The notes under the pieces: generated by a model
The model's input: only the letters and a program-made list of their open reading frames with translations
Databases searched by the model: none
What the model was told of the DNA's origin: nothing
Origin: an uncultured Pseudomonadota bacterium
GTDB lineage: Bacteria > Babelota > Babeliae > Babelales > JAUPTZ01
DNA length: 64,000 nucleotides
Reading direction: 5' to 3'
NCBI GenBank assembly: GCA_964429275.1
Contig: CAYSBJ010000002.1
Coordinates: 176,245-240,244, forward strand
In this document: positions 44,026 through 54,425 of the stretch, one piece after another
Position numbering within the stretch: the stretch's first letter is position 1
Layout: every line of letters starts with the position of its first letter
Translations under genes and position numbers: made by a program

Positions 44026-45330
44026 TTAATTGCCTCGAAGTACCTGGGCTACCGAGAACTGTTTGAGCTGTTGGAGCGGTAGCTGGCAAGCAATTAAGCC
44101 AAGCAAAAGCGTGCCGCCGGCAACCACCAGAGCGTGGATTGGTTCAAGGGCGGCTGGGAGGTAGGCAATATAGTAGATATCTGGCAGCGTAATGGGTTTA
44201 TAGGTATCGATGAACCATCCCAGAGTCCAGGCAATACCGATGCCGGTTCCAACTGCCTGGGTAACAATCGTCATTCCTATGCGGGTAAAGAGGGCGGCGA
44301 TGGCTCGTCGGCTCATCCCTAGAGTCTGGAGGATAGCAATGTCTTGTTGTTTGTACTGTAAAAACATAAAAAGAAGGCAAATAATAAGCATGCTAGCTAC
44401 GAGGGCTATAAGCCCTAGTGCAATACTCATCGCATATTTTTCGAGCTGCAGTGAGGCGACCAAGTCTGGGTAAAGCTCACGCCAGCCGCGAACGCACAGG
44501 CCAGGCAGCAGGTTATGGAGGCGCCGGACTTGCGCCGCATAATACAGATCACTGCCAATGCGGAGTCGGTTCCAGTTGTTTTTAAACCAGGCACCAATGC
44601 TTGCTGCGGGGCGTTCCCATGGTGGAGCGGCAAAAGTAAGAGCTATTTGGTCGGCGCCACGGCATTGCTCGTACATTTTTTTAAGAGCAGGTGTGCTGCA
44701 ATAGGCAATGTTCATGTCGTAATCTTCAAGGCCGAGGTGAAAAATGCCGGCGACATGCATAGTCTTTTTCTCGAGAGCTATCTTTGATTTGCCCCCTTCT
44801 TGCGGGACGTACACTGTTAATTCACTGCCAAGCCAAAGATTGTTTTGGGTGGCAAATTGCTTGCCAATAACAATGGCTGATTCTGAGTTTAACAGAGAGG
44901 CCAATGTTGCTTTTTGTGGGGTGGTTATTTTTTGCTCTAAGGTAGTTGTTTGCGCTTCGTTGATGGGATCAATGCCGCGGACAAAAAGAACGCGAGATTG
45001 ATCGTTGTGGGTGACAATTAGGTGCCGCACGCTGCTCCCACTAATGCCATGAACAGCGCTGCCGAGATGCTCGCGAATATAGGCGCCGATTTGTTCTGTT
45101 TCGAGCTGATTGCCGGGTGACTCAATGACCACATCGCTGCTGATCCCCTTCATCTTGAGACTGACGTCTCGCTCAAACCCTTGTGTAATGATGAGAGCAA
45201 GCATCAACGCTCCCGAGCCAATCGCGATGCCGATGTAGCACAGTAACTTAATGGTTTGAAGAGCGCGGGGTGCTCGAGTTGAGGAGAGATAGGCACTGGC
45301 AAGAAGGTGAGAGGCAACATTTTGTTTCAT
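44026..45330 (-). CDS. LolC/LolE-type (FtsX-fold) lipoprotein-release ABC permease.
   Basis: Four-TM MacB/FtsX architecture with GFERDV after TM1, a large periplasmic loop, QQDIAILQTLGMSRRAI, and C-terminal AQVLRGN. Confidence 0.75.
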   Translation of the reverse strand: MKQNVASHLLASAYLSSTRAPRALQTIKLLCYIGIAIGSGALMLALIITQGFERDVSLKMKGISSDVVIESPGNQLETEQIGAYIREHLGSAVHGISGSSVRHLIVTHNDQSRVLFVRGIDPINEAQTTTLEQKITTPQKATLASLLNSESAIVIGKQFATQNNLWLGSELTVYVPQEGGKSKIALEKKTMHVAGIFHLGLEDYDMNIAYCSTPALKKMYEQCRGADQIALTFAAPPWERPAASIGAWFKNNWNRLRIGSDLYYAAQVRRLHNLLPGLCVRGWRELYPDLVASLQLEKYAMSIALGLIALVASMLIICLLFMFLQYKQQDIAILQTLGMSRRAIAALFTRIGMTIVTQAVGTGIGIAWTLGWFIDTYKPITLPDIYYIAYLPAALEPIHALVVAGGTLLLGLIACQLPLQQLKQFSVAQVLRGN

Positions 45331-45415
45331 ATAAACCTTTTAAAGCAGGTGAGAAGGCGAGTATACTTGCCGGCCGACATAGGTACAAGATATCTCTTTA
45401 AAAGGAATGGTAGTC

Positions 45416-46174
45416 ATGAAGTTACTTAAAAATAGCGCAAAACTTGGGTATTTATTGGCCTGCTTGGCTGTAGGCGGGTGCATCGACCGTTCGTACAATA
45501 TGATTGGCCGCGAGTGCCCACAGGTAATAAAGTACGAGCCGCCCTATGCCCTGATTAAGCAGTATCTCCATTCAATTACGCTATACGAAGGCTACGAAAC
45601 GAGAGCGCATTTTGATGCTTTAATTATGTCTGATCAAATGTCGGCAGTGTATGCAGCATTGCGCAGTTCTCGAGTGGGACATAGTGACAATGAACGTACT
45701 GCGTTGCTTTCGCAGCAACTGGAAGAAAACCGTGAATGTCGTTCGCTGTATCTCTTGGCTGATATTGCTGACGAATCGCATATCTCCATGAGTGACAAAA
45801 ATAGCGCCTGGTCGTTGTATGTTACGCTACCAAATGGCGTAAAATTAACCCCGCTTTCTATTAAGGAAATTGATTTAAGCCCTGAAATTCGCAGCATTTT
45901 CAACTACCGTTACGTCCCTTTTAAAAAATCATATCTGGTGAAATTTGCGGCGGCAGATATTCAAGGTCGTCCGTACCTACAGTCGGGCGATATTGCAACA
46001 CTTACTTTTGCGGGTTCTGGTATGGCTGGCAGTGTGCAGTGGCAGGAGCATCAGCTGCAAAAAGCGGAAGCCACCCCCGATGAGTTGTTGAAGCGCCAAG
46101 ATACTGTTGAATTGAAAGCGTTGTTTTCGTCATTAACGGCAGGAAAAGAGCGCGACGAAGACTTTTACTGGTAG
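45416..46174 (+). CDS. Hypothetical lipoprotein.
   Basis: Lipobox LAVGG-C follows a signal peptide. AAGGA lies upstream of the ATG at 45416. Confidence 0.55.
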   Translation: MKLLKNSAKLGYLLACLAVGGCIDRSYNMIGRECPQVIKYEPPYALIKQYLHSITLYEGYETRAHFDALIMSDQMSAVYAALRSSRVGHSDNERTALLSQQLEENRECRSLYLLADIADESHISMSDKNSAWSLYVTLPNGVKLTPLSIKEIDLSPEIRSIFNYRYVPFKKSYLVKFAAADIQGRPYLQSGDIATLTFAGSGMAGSVQWQEHQLQKAEATPDELLKRQDTVELKALFSSLTAGKERDEDFYW

Positions 46175-46256
46175 TTTGCTGTAGCAAATTCTTGCACCCC
46201 CAAAGGCGACCTGATATCTTTCACTTCCCCAGCCTTGAGATACTAAGGAGAAGTGT

Positions 46257-46775
46257 ATGAAGAGAATATTCATGGCCGGGTTATTTGCAAGTTTTGCGTC
46301 TGGTGCGCTGCCGGCAGATGAATCAGTAGTGCATTTAAAGTGTATGGTTGTCGGTGGAGTAGCCGTTGCCTATGCCGTTGAGATGAAAAAGAAACTTGAT
46401 AGTTTTGGTTTGTGTTCTGCTACTGTTTACCTTCAAAATCAGTCAAGCTCTTCAATACGTATTTCCGCTAAACAATCAGAAGTAGAGCCATACACCATGC
46501 TCGATCTCGCGACGCGAGCCTTTATCATGATTCGCACAGCGTTTAAGCATCCATTCGACTGCAATTTTTATATACCTTGTGTCTCTTGGCGCTCTACTGC
46601 TGTTGGCGTTGCTAACAATGATAATGTGGAGTGGCAAGACTTTCCACCGGAAACAGAGTCTTGCGTCATTGAGCCGTATCATTTTTTTACGACTACCGTA
46701 TTGCTTACGTCGGACGAAATGAAAGCTTTTAAGCGTTGTGGCATGGCAGCGTTACTTGATATTGCGGTCGCGTAG
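46257..46775 (+). CDS. Hypothetical secreted protein.
   Basis: AAGGAG Shine-Dalgarno site and signal-like N-terminus MKRIFMAGLFASFASGA. Confidence 0.45.
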   Translation: MKRIFMAGLFASFASGALPADESVVHLKCMVVGGVAVAYAVEMKKKLDSFGLCSATVYLQNQSSSSIRISAKQSEVEPYTMLDLATRAFIMIRTAFKHPFDCNFYIPCVSWRSTAVGVANNDNVEWQDFPPETESCVIEPYHFFTTTVLLTSDEMKAFKRCGMAALLDIAVA

Positions 46776-46859
46776 CGGTCTCTTGCGCGTCTAGGCCTCT
46801 TCCGGTACACTGCCGCGCATTCTGCATACCAAGATTAAATCATTTATTTAAGGGGTTTT

Positions 46860-47444
46860 ATGAAGAGATTGATGGCGCTGTGCGTCGGGATAGTTTTGGT
46901 TTGCAACCTAAGGGCGTCCGATAACGGATCGTTGTGTCGAGTTGTGCGGCTGTCCGAGGGCGTGGCTGAGAAAGTGTTTTTCTTTAATCCAGAACTTGTA
47001 AGATCTTATTCATTGTTTGAGTTTTCTATTATAAATCGATCAAAAATTCGTACATTAACTATTTTTCCAAGTCGATTGCCATTGCCGCAGGGGAGTTTGG
47101 GCTTTGTTGATTGTATGGCGCAGTGGCGTCCAAGTCTGCGTGCCGGTGGTTACTTGTTGGTAGCGTATGAGCTCACAAAAGCTATTATGGACAGAGGTCT
47201 TTTTGACTGTCCTATTGATAAGCAAGCAGCGACTTATTTGAGAGCAGCGCTTCCTGTTATCATCGCACCAAATCAAGAAATGACCTGGCCAGCTCGAGGA
47301 GTAGAGTGTCGTTTGTACCCTCAATATCGGTATGTCAGCCTTTTGGCGATTCCAAAAAAAGAAGAACCCGATTTTATGAAGTTATGGCAAAGTCCCGAAG
47401 CTGAATTATGTGTCCTGAAAGTCTGCAGTGAGATATTAAGTTAA
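46860..47444 (+). CDS. Hypothetical secreted protein.
   Basis: Signal-like N-terminus MKRLMALCVGIVLVCNLRA. Confidence 0.45.
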   Translation: MKRLMALCVGIVLVCNLRASDNGSLCRVVRLSEGVAEKVFFFNPELVRSYSLFEFSIINRSKIRTLTIFPSRLPLPQGSLGFVDCMAQWRPSLRAGGYLLVAYELTKAIMDRGLFDCPIDKQAATYLRAALPVIIAPNQEMTWPARGVECRLYPQYRYVSLLAIPKKEEPDFMKLWQSPEAELCVLKVCSEILS

Positions 47445-47578
47445 GAAATTTCGCCCTCAGAAGAATTTGTGTTAAACTTGCCCACTCTTTGTTTCCATCG
47501 AGCGGCTTTCGCTTTTAGAGCGAGCAGCCCATGTTTTACTATTTTAACTATTCGAATGTAACCAGTGAAAGGGGTTTC

Positions 47579-48778
47579 ATGAGTACTCCAATACCGACGC
47601 AACTTCGTTATATCTTCACTACCGGCCTTGCTATGTTTTCTATGTTCTTTGGGGCAGGAAATGTGGTGTTCCCATTGGTTGTGGGACAAATGGCTGGCGA
47701 TATGGCGTGGGCGGCGATTATTGGATTATTAATTACCGCTGTTGGCGTTCCATTTATTGGGCTTCTGGCGATGGTCTTATATGAAGGTGATTACCATGCT
47801 TTTTTTGGACGAATTGGTCGAGTTCCTGGCTTTTTGGTAACTCTTTTCATCATGATTCTTATTGGGCCATTTGGCGCGACACCTCGCTGTATTGCGTTGG
47901 CGTATAGTACGCTTAAAATGTACGACCCGTCACTTTCAAGCACTTTGTTCGCATTGATTTCGTGTGTGGTTATTTACTTGGCAACTTATCGTAAAAACAG
48001 AATCGTCGACCTTTTGGGCGCGGTCTTGAGTCCAATTTTGGTGGTGAGTCTGGCCGTTATTATTGTCAAAGGAATTCTCATGCACCCGGCAGCCCCAGTG
48101 TCTGCTGAAGGTGCGTGGTCGTTGTTTAGCGCTGGTTTTCTTGAAGGCTACAATACCATGGACCTCTTGGGGACTTTCTTCTTTTCTAGCGTTGTTATTG
48201 CTGGTTTACGCCAAGCTGGCGGTGCTACTGGCGGCAGCCAGTGGGCCATTGCTCGCTACGCGCTTCAGGCTTCCACTATTGGCGTTACGCTCCTTGGCGT
48301 TGTATATGCTGGGTTTGTCCTCGTTGCCTCCTATTATGGCGGAGTGCTTGCCGGTATGCCAGCAGAGGCATTACTTGGCACTATCGCACATATCGTTCTT
48401 GGTAAAGCAGGGGGGATCTTTGTGAGCCTTGCTGTTGCGCTTGCATGTCTTACGACAGCATTAGCATTGGTTGCGGTGTTTGCCGAATTTATTCATGTCC
48501 AAATTTTTCGCAAAGTTGTGTGTTATCGCAGCAGCCTTGTGTTGACGTTAATTGCTACGTTTATCTTTGCAAATCTCAGGTTTACCGAGATTGTAAGTAT
48601 GCTGTATCCAGTGCTGGTGATTATTTACCCAGCATTATTGGTGCTGACTATTGCCAATATTTTGCATAAGGTATATGGCATTGCAATAGTTAAAACGCCA
48701 GTGGCGGCTGCTACCGTCGCTTCTTTAATCTGGTACCAAGCACCACAACTGCTTGCGCTTATTTCATCTGGCGTTTAG
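47579..48778 (+). CDS. brnQ: Branched-chain amino acid transporter (LIVCS/BrnQ family), copy 1.
   Basis: LAMFSMFFGAGNVVFPL signature and about 12 TM segments. Start placed at the ATG at 47579, after AAAGGGG. Confidence 0.85.
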   Translation: MSTPIPTQLRYIFTTGLAMFSMFFGAGNVVFPLVVGQMAGDMAWAAIIGLLITAVGVPFIGLLAMVLYEGDYHAFFGRIGRVPGFLVTLFIMILIGPFGATPRCIALAYSTLKMYDPSLSSTLFALISCVVIYLATYRKNRIVDLLGAVLSPILVVSLAVIIVKGILMHPAAPVSAEGAWSLFSAGFLEGYNTMDLLGTFFFSSVVIAGLRQAGGATGGSQWAIARYALQASTIGVTLLGVVYAGFVLVASYYGGVLAGMPAEALLGTIAHIVLGKAGGIFVSLAVALACLTTALALVAVFAEFIHVQIFRKVVCYRSSLVLTLIATFIFANLRFTEIVSMLYPVLVIIYPALLVLTIANILHKVYGIAIVKTPVAAATVASLIWYQAPQLLALISSGV

Positions 48779-48837
48779 CGCCCTCGGTATTACTACCGTG
48801 TGTAACGAACAATTTCGTTGTATACGAAGGGTTTTTT

Positions 48838-50037
48838 ATGAATAACATATTTTTGCTCAGACTTAACTCTGTATTTATTACTGGTCTTGCGATGTTTTCG
48901 ATGTTTTTTGGTGCGGGAAACGTCGTATTCCCACTGATTGTTGGCAAAGCCGTTGGCGAGCAGGCATGGAGTGCGATCGGTGGCTTGTTTTTAACCGCAG
49001 TCGGCGTTCCATTTTTGGGTCTTGTTGCGCTAACTTTGTATGGTGGTGATTATCGGGCGTTTTTAGGGCGGCTGGGGAGAATCCCTGGCTTTTTGCTTGC
49101 TTTTTTTATGCTTCTCATTTTAGGGCCTATCGGAGCGATACCACGTTGTATTGCCTTATCTTGTGGCACGCTCAAAATGTATATACCCATGCTTTCGACA
49201 GCAGTTTTTAGTCTCGTTGCATGCGTGGTTATCTATATGGCTACCTGCCGGCGCAACCGCATGGTGGGACTTCTTGGCGCAGTTTTAAGCCCGCTCTTAA
49301 TAATCAGCTTGACGGTTATTATTGTAAAAGGTTTGTTGGCTGGGCACGGAGCATCGCCTTCAGCATTGAGCAGCGCGTCGGCTTTTTCTTTTGGGCTTGC
49401 TCAAGGGTACAACACCATGGATTTGCTTGCTGCCTTTTTCTTTTCCGGCGTTATTATTACGAGTTTGCGGCAAAGAGAGGGTGGTGTGGTCTCTGATACC
49501 TGGGGTATAGCTCGGTATGCATTGCTTTCCTCATTAGTAGGGGCATCGTTGCTTGGCCTGGTATATGCCGGCTTTGCGCTAGTTGCTGCTCAGTACGGGA
49601 AAGCACTGAGTGTTGTGGCGCCAGAAGCTTTGCTCGGCACCATAGCAAGTAGCGTTTTGGGAGCAGCAGGAGGGCTGTTTGTAAGCGCCACTGTTATTCT
49701 TGCCTGTGTTACAACTGCGATAACACTGACCGCAGTATTTGCTGAGTTTTTACAAGAACAAGTTTTTTCAAAAACCATCTCGTATAACGTTGGTTTATTA
49801 TTAACGTTGGTTGTGACCTTTGTTTTTGCAAATCTTGAATTTGGAAAAATCGTATCACTGTTAGTTCCGGTACTTATAGTTATTTATCCAGCGCTTTTGG
49901 TGTTAACCATCATCAATATTTTACACAAGATGTATGGTATTTCCATGATTAAGATGCCAGTGGCGATTGCAACCATTGCATCTATTATTTGGCACCAAGC
50001 ACCACAATTATTAACGTATCTAGGACTGGCAGCATAA
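48838..50037 (+). CDS. brnQ: Branched-chain amino acid transporter (BrnQ family), copy 2.
   Basis: LAMFSMFFGAGNVVFPL signature; collinear with copies 1 and 3. Confidence 0.85.
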   Translation: MNNIFLLRLNSVFITGLAMFSMFFGAGNVVFPLIVGKAVGEQAWSAIGGLFLTAVGVPFLGLVALTLYGGDYRAFLGRLGRIPGFLLAFFMLLILGPIGAIPRCIALSCGTLKMYIPMLSTAVFSLVACVVIYMATCRRNRMVGLLGAVLSPLLIISLTVIIVKGLLAGHGASPSALSSASAFSFGLAQGYNTMDLLAAFFFSGVIITSLRQREGGVVSDTWGIARYALLSSLVGASLLGLVYAGFALVAAQYGKALSVVAPEALLGTIASSVLGAAGGLFVSATVILACVTTAITLTAVFAEFLQEQVFSKTISYNVGLLLTLVVTFVFANLEFGKIVSLLVPVLIVIYPALLVLTIINILHKMYGISMIKMPVAIATIASIIWHQAPQLLTYLGLAA

Positions 50038-50076
50038 AAGCGCTCCTCTATATCGCATACGCGATTTAAAAACTCC

Positions 50077-50114
50077 AAAAGCTGGCTGCCATCAAAAGGT
50101 AGCCAGCTTTTTTT
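50077..50114 (+). terminator. Intrinsic terminator after brnQ copy 2.
   Basis: AAAAGCTGGCT ... AGCCAGC stem followed by T7. Confidence 0.7.
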
Positions 50115-50130
50115 ATTGAAAGGAAATACT

Positions 50131-51330
50131 ATGAATACCACTAACGCACTTCATCTTCGCCACATATGTACGGCCGGATTTGCGATGTTTTCTATGTTCT
50201 TTGGCGCTGGCAATGTGGTGTTTCCGTTGATCATAGGGCAAATGGCTGGTGATCAAGCTTGTGCGGGTATTATTGGATTATTGATAAGTGCAGTTGGCAT
50301 TCCATTTATCGGGCTTTTGGCAATGGTACTCTATGAGGGAGATTATTATGCATTTTTTGCAAGGATAGGGCGAGTTCCTGGGTTCTTGATCACGCTGTTT
50401 ATCATGATTTTAATCGGGCCGTTCAATGGAACAGCGCGCTGCATTGCCTTTTCGTACGGCACACTCAAGATGTATTGCCCATCACTGTCGGCTGTGTTTT
50501 TTAGTTTTGTTTCATGCATTGTTATTTTTTGTGCGACATATAAGAAGAATCGCATGGTTGACCTGTTAGGTATGCTTTTAAGTCCGATACTACTCGTGAG
50601 TTTGGCCGTTATTATCATCAAAGGGCTGATCATTCACCCGGTCGCACCGGTCTCGGCTTTTAATGTAATAACCATGTTCTCATGTGGTTTAATCGAGGGT
50701 TATAACACCATGGATCTTTTAGTCACCTTCTTCTTTTCTGGGCTTATCATCAGTGGGCTTCGTCAGATTGATGAGGTTAAGGCCGGGGACCAATGGTTGC
50801 TTGCGCGGTATGCACTGCAGGCATCGCTTATTGGCGTCACGCTTCTTGGGGTGGTATACGCAAGTTTTGTTTTAGTGGCTGCGTATTACAGTGCAACATT
50901 GAGGGCAGTGCCAGCTGAAGCGCTGCTTGGTACTATTGCGCATGCTGTTCTTGGTGGCGTTGGTGGGGCGTTTGTAAGTCTTGCCGTAGTGCTTGCGTGT
51001 TTGACAACGGCAATGACATTGGTGGCGGTATTTGCCAATTTTTTAGACAACCAAGTGTTTGCAAAAACATTAGGCTACCGCAATTGTTTGCTTCTTACGC
51101 TCGTTGCCACCTTTATTGTTGCAAACTTTAAGTTTTCCGAGATTGTGGCGATGTTAGTGCCAATTTTGGTGGTGATATACCCAGTGCTTTTGGTACTTAC
51201 GGTTGTAAACATCCTGCATAAGCTCTATGGATTTTCAGTAGTTAAAACGCCGGTAGCCATTGCTACTATTGTCTCTATTGCCTGGTATCAATGGCCACAG
51301 GTGCTTGGATGCCTAGGTATTATTGGGTAG
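50131..51330 (+). CDS. brnQ: Branched-chain amino acid transporter (BrnQ family), copy 3.
   Basis: FAMFSMFFGAGNVVFPL signature; very close to copy 1. Start placed at the ATG at 50131, after AAAGGAA. Confidence 0.85.
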   Translation: MNTTNALHLRHICTAGFAMFSMFFGAGNVVFPLIIGQMAGDQACAGIIGLLISAVGIPFIGLLAMVLYEGDYYAFFARIGRVPGFLITLFIMILIGPFNGTARCIAFSYGTLKMYCPSLSAVFFSFVSCIVIFCATYKKNRMVDLLGMLLSPILLVSLAVIIIKGLIIHPVAPVSAFNVITMFSCGLIEGYNTMDLLVTFFFSGLIISGLRQIDEVKAGDQWLLARYALQASLIGVTLLGVVYASFVLVAAYYSATLRAVPAEALLGTIAHAVLGGVGGAFVSLAVVLACLTTAMTLVAVFANFLDNQVFAKTLGYRNCLLLTLVATFIVANFKFSEIVAMLVPILVVIYPVLLVLTVVNILHKLYGFSVVKTPVAIATIVSIAWYQWPQVLGCLGIIG

Positions 51331-51492
51331 CGGCGGCGGACGACGGCACTCGCCGTCTATAGAGCTTTACATGATACAGAGCAAGATGTGCTTGCCCTGC
51401 ATCATGGCTTGCAAAGACGCACTTTTTAAAAAAACTATGATACACTTGCCGCTCTTTAAGAATTAAAAGAAGTGGCACTACAAGGAAAAAAC

Positions 51493-54378
51493 ATGAGTAC
51501 CCCAGAAAAAGAACAAAAATCATATAAAGATACCCTTAATCTTCCGACGACCTCGCTTAATATTCGTGCCAATGCTGCGGAGCGCGAGCCCGCACTTCGT
51601 TCTCACTGGGAAGAAATTCAGTTGCAGGCAAAATATTTTAAGAAACAGGCCACCGATACGGTGCTTCATTATGATAAGCTGTATACCGAGAGTAACCTGC
51701 ATGTGGGCCTTGCCTTGCGTCCCAGTTGGGACGTGGTGATGCCGAAGCCAAAATACCTTGAACAGGAAAGTGCTCCGTTCGTGCTTCATTACGGCCCGCC
51801 GTATGCGAATGGTCATCTGCACGTAGGGCATGCGTTAACGTATGTATTAAAAGATATGGTAGTGCGCTCGGAGCGCATGAACGGCCGTAGCGTCTCTGCC
51901 GTTCCAGGATGGGATTGCCATGGACTGCCAATTGAATTGAAGGTCGCGAGCGAAACAGGTGATCTTCGCACAACTGATCCGGCCGCCTTTAAAAAAGCAT
52001 GTCGTGCGTATGCGATGCGCTGGAAAGAAGTACAAGAAAAAGAAATGAAAGAGCTTGGTATTTGTGCTGAATGGGACAAGCGGTACATGACGATGGATCC
52101 ATCGTATGAAGCTGACATTATGCGAAGTTTGGCTACGTTTGTCGAAAAAGGGTATATCGAGCGCAAGGGAAAGACAGTGCCATGGTGTTTTTCATGCCAA
52201 ACGGTTTTAGCAACAGCAGAAATTGAGCACGCTGAGCGCAAAGATCCGTCATGTTATATCATGTTCCCACTCATGGACAACCCGCGCCGTGCGTTGCTCA
52301 TATGGACTACAACACCCTGGACCATTCCATTAAACCGTGCAGTAGTGCTTAATCCAACGGCGAACTACGCGGTAGTAGTACTGGCTGATGGTCGCGAAGT
52401 AATTGTTGGTGCAGATCTTGTGGCTTCATTGATGCCAATTTTGGGCGAAGGGGCTACTGTTCTTACTACAATTCCAAGTAGCCAGTTAATTGGAATGCGC
52501 GCGCTGCACCCGATAGTTGACGGTTTTACAGTGCCAGTGATTAGTGACGATGGTGTGAGTACCACTGACGGAACGGCCTGTTTGCATTCAGCCCCCGGGT
52601 GCGGTCCTGATGACTATGTAATGGGCATCAAAAATAATCTTGAAATTTATTCTCCGTTATCTTCTGATGGTAAGTATACCAACGAAATTATGCCGCAGGA
52701 GCTTGCGGGTATGCCGATTGCTGATGGTCAATGGTGGGTGCTCAAGCAGCTGCAAGAGCGGGGCGCATTGCTTCATAAAACCTCTATTAAACACGCGTAT
52801 CCTCATTGTTGGCGTTGCCGCAACGGACTTATGTTCCGTGCAACCGACCAGTGGTTTTGTAGTCTTGATAAGCACAATTTGGTGGCGCGGACTCAGGAAG
52901 CATTGAATGGGATTGCTTTCATCCCAAGCTGGGGAAAAACCCGTCTTGATGCCTTTCTTGGTAACCGTACTGAATGGTGTATTTCTCGCCAACGTAGCTG
53001 GGGAGTGCCGATTACTGCTTTGTTTAACACGGTAACAGGTCAACACTTTTTAACGCCTGAATTGATTCGCGGCGTTGCAGACAAAGTAGCCGTTGAAGGT
53101 ATTGAATATTGGGATCGCGTAACGATTGCACAACTTCGTACCGATGGCTTGTTGCCGACAGAGCTCACTGGCGTGGCTGACGAACACATTCGCAAAGAAA
53201 CTGATATATTGGACGTATGGTTTGACTCTGGCGTAAGCCATGCAGCCGTTATTGCGGCACGTGGTGGCTCATTGCCAGTTGATATGTATTTTGAAGGTTC
53301 TGACCAACACCGGGGCTGGTTTCAAAGTGCTGTGCTTACCTCTATGGTGCTCCATGATAAAGCGCCAATGAAGACTATTGTTACGCATGGCTTTGTGATG
53401 GATGCGCAGGGGCACAAGATGTCAAAATCTCGCGGTAACGTAGTCGATCCAAAAGAGGTGGTCAAAAAATATGGCGCTGACGTTTTGCGTCTCTGGGTTG
53501 CAAGTGTTGACTATGAACGTGACGTTGTAATTTCTGATACGTTACTGACACAAACGGCAGAAGTGTATCGGAAAATCAGGAACACCTGCCGATTCTTGCT
53601 CGCTAATTTGTACGACTTTAATCCAGAAACCGATTGTGTTTCTTTTGATCAAATGCAATTGCTCGATCGGTATGCACTGCACCAAGCAATTACTACACTA
53701 AATATGGCACGACAGTGGTATAGTGAATATGCATTTGCAAGCATTGTTCAATTGCTGGCGCGGTATTGCAGTGTAGAGTTAAGTGCACATTACCTTGATA
53801 TGTCCAAAGATCGACTGTATGTCGAAGGTAAAGCAAGCGTAGAACGTCGCTCTGCACAGACAGCACAGTACTATATTTTGACCGTATTAAACCAGATGAT
53901 TGCGCCATTGTTACCTTTTACAGCGGATGATATTTACCTCGCTGCACCATATACTGACAAGCAACAGTCTATTCATTTGCAGCAGTTTTTAGCGCTTCAC
54001 GTGCCAATAGCAGGAAGCTCTGAGATGTGGGAGTCGCTTCATGAGCTGCGTGCTGCTATTTTGCAGGAAATAGAAAAGGTTCGTGCAACCGGCCTAATTA
54101 AGCATTCACTTGAGGCAGCTTTGGTGTTGCGTGGGCTAGAAGAAGGGCAGTACCAAAAAACGTTTGCCCAGTTACGTACTGTATTAGGCACTCAGTCAAT
54201 AACTGAATTTCTCATCGAGTGGTGTATTGTATCGCAGTGCACACTTGTGCCGTCAACAACCAACAATGAAGAAGTAATGATTACGGTTTCTTCTGCGGCT
54301 GGGACGAAATGCCCGCGTTGCTGGCATTGGTTTGAGAGCAATGGTGCTATTTGCAAGCGTTGCGCTGCCGTAATATAA
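51493..54378 (+). CDS. ileS: Isoleucyl-tRNA synthetase (type 1, with a C-terminal zinc finger).
   Basis: HYGPPYANGHLHVGHAL (HIGH motif), HKMSKSRGN (KMSKS motif), and C-terminal CPRCWHW...CKRC. Confidence 0.95.
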   Translation: MSTPEKEQKSYKDTLNLPTTSLNIRANAAEREPALRSHWEEIQLQAKYFKKQATDTVLHYDKLYTESNLHVGLALRPSWDVVMPKPKYLEQESAPFVLHYGPPYANGHLHVGHALTYVLKDMVVRSERMNGRSVSAVPGWDCHGLPIELKVASETGDLRTTDPAAFKKACRAYAMRWKEVQEKEMKELGICAEWDKRYMTMDPSYEADIMRSLATFVEKGYIERKGKTVPWCFSCQTVLATAEIEHAERKDPSCYIMFPLMDNPRRALLIWTTTPWTIPLNRAVVLNPTANYAVVVLADGREVIVGADLVASLMPILGEGATVLTTIPSSQLIGMRALHPIVDGFTVPVISDDGVSTTDGTACLHSAPGCGPDDYVMGIKNNLEIYSPLSSDGKYTNEIMPQELAGMPIADGQWWVLKQLQERGALLHKTSIKHAYPHCWRCRNGLMFRATDQWFCSLDKHNLVARTQEALNGIAFIPSWGKTRLDAFLGNRTEWCISRQRSWGVPITALFNTVTGQHFLTPELIRGVADKVAVEGIEYWDRVTIAQLRTDGLLPTELTGVADEHIRKETDILDVWFDSGVSHAAVIAARGGSLPVDMYFEGSDQHRGWFQSAVLTSMVLHDKAPMKTIVTHGFVMDAQGHKMSKSRGNVVDPKEVVKKYGADVLRLWVASVDYERDVVISDTLLTQTAEVYRKIRNTCRFLLANLYDFNPETDCVSFDQMQLLDRYALHQAITTLNMARQWYSEYAFASIVQLLARYCSVELSAHYLDMSKDRLYVEGKASVERRSAQTAQYYILTVLNQMIAPLLPFTADDIYLAAPYTDKQQSIHLQQFLALHVPIAGSSEMWESLHELRAAILQEIEKVRATGLIKHSLEAALVLRGLEEGQYQKTFAQLRTVLGTQSITEFLIEWCIVSQCTLVPSTTNNEEVMITVSSAAGTKCPRCWHWFESNGAICKRCAAVI

Positions 54379-54425
54379 CAAGTATATATCATGAATTTTG
54401 GGCGTTGTTAAAAAAATCCCGAAAA

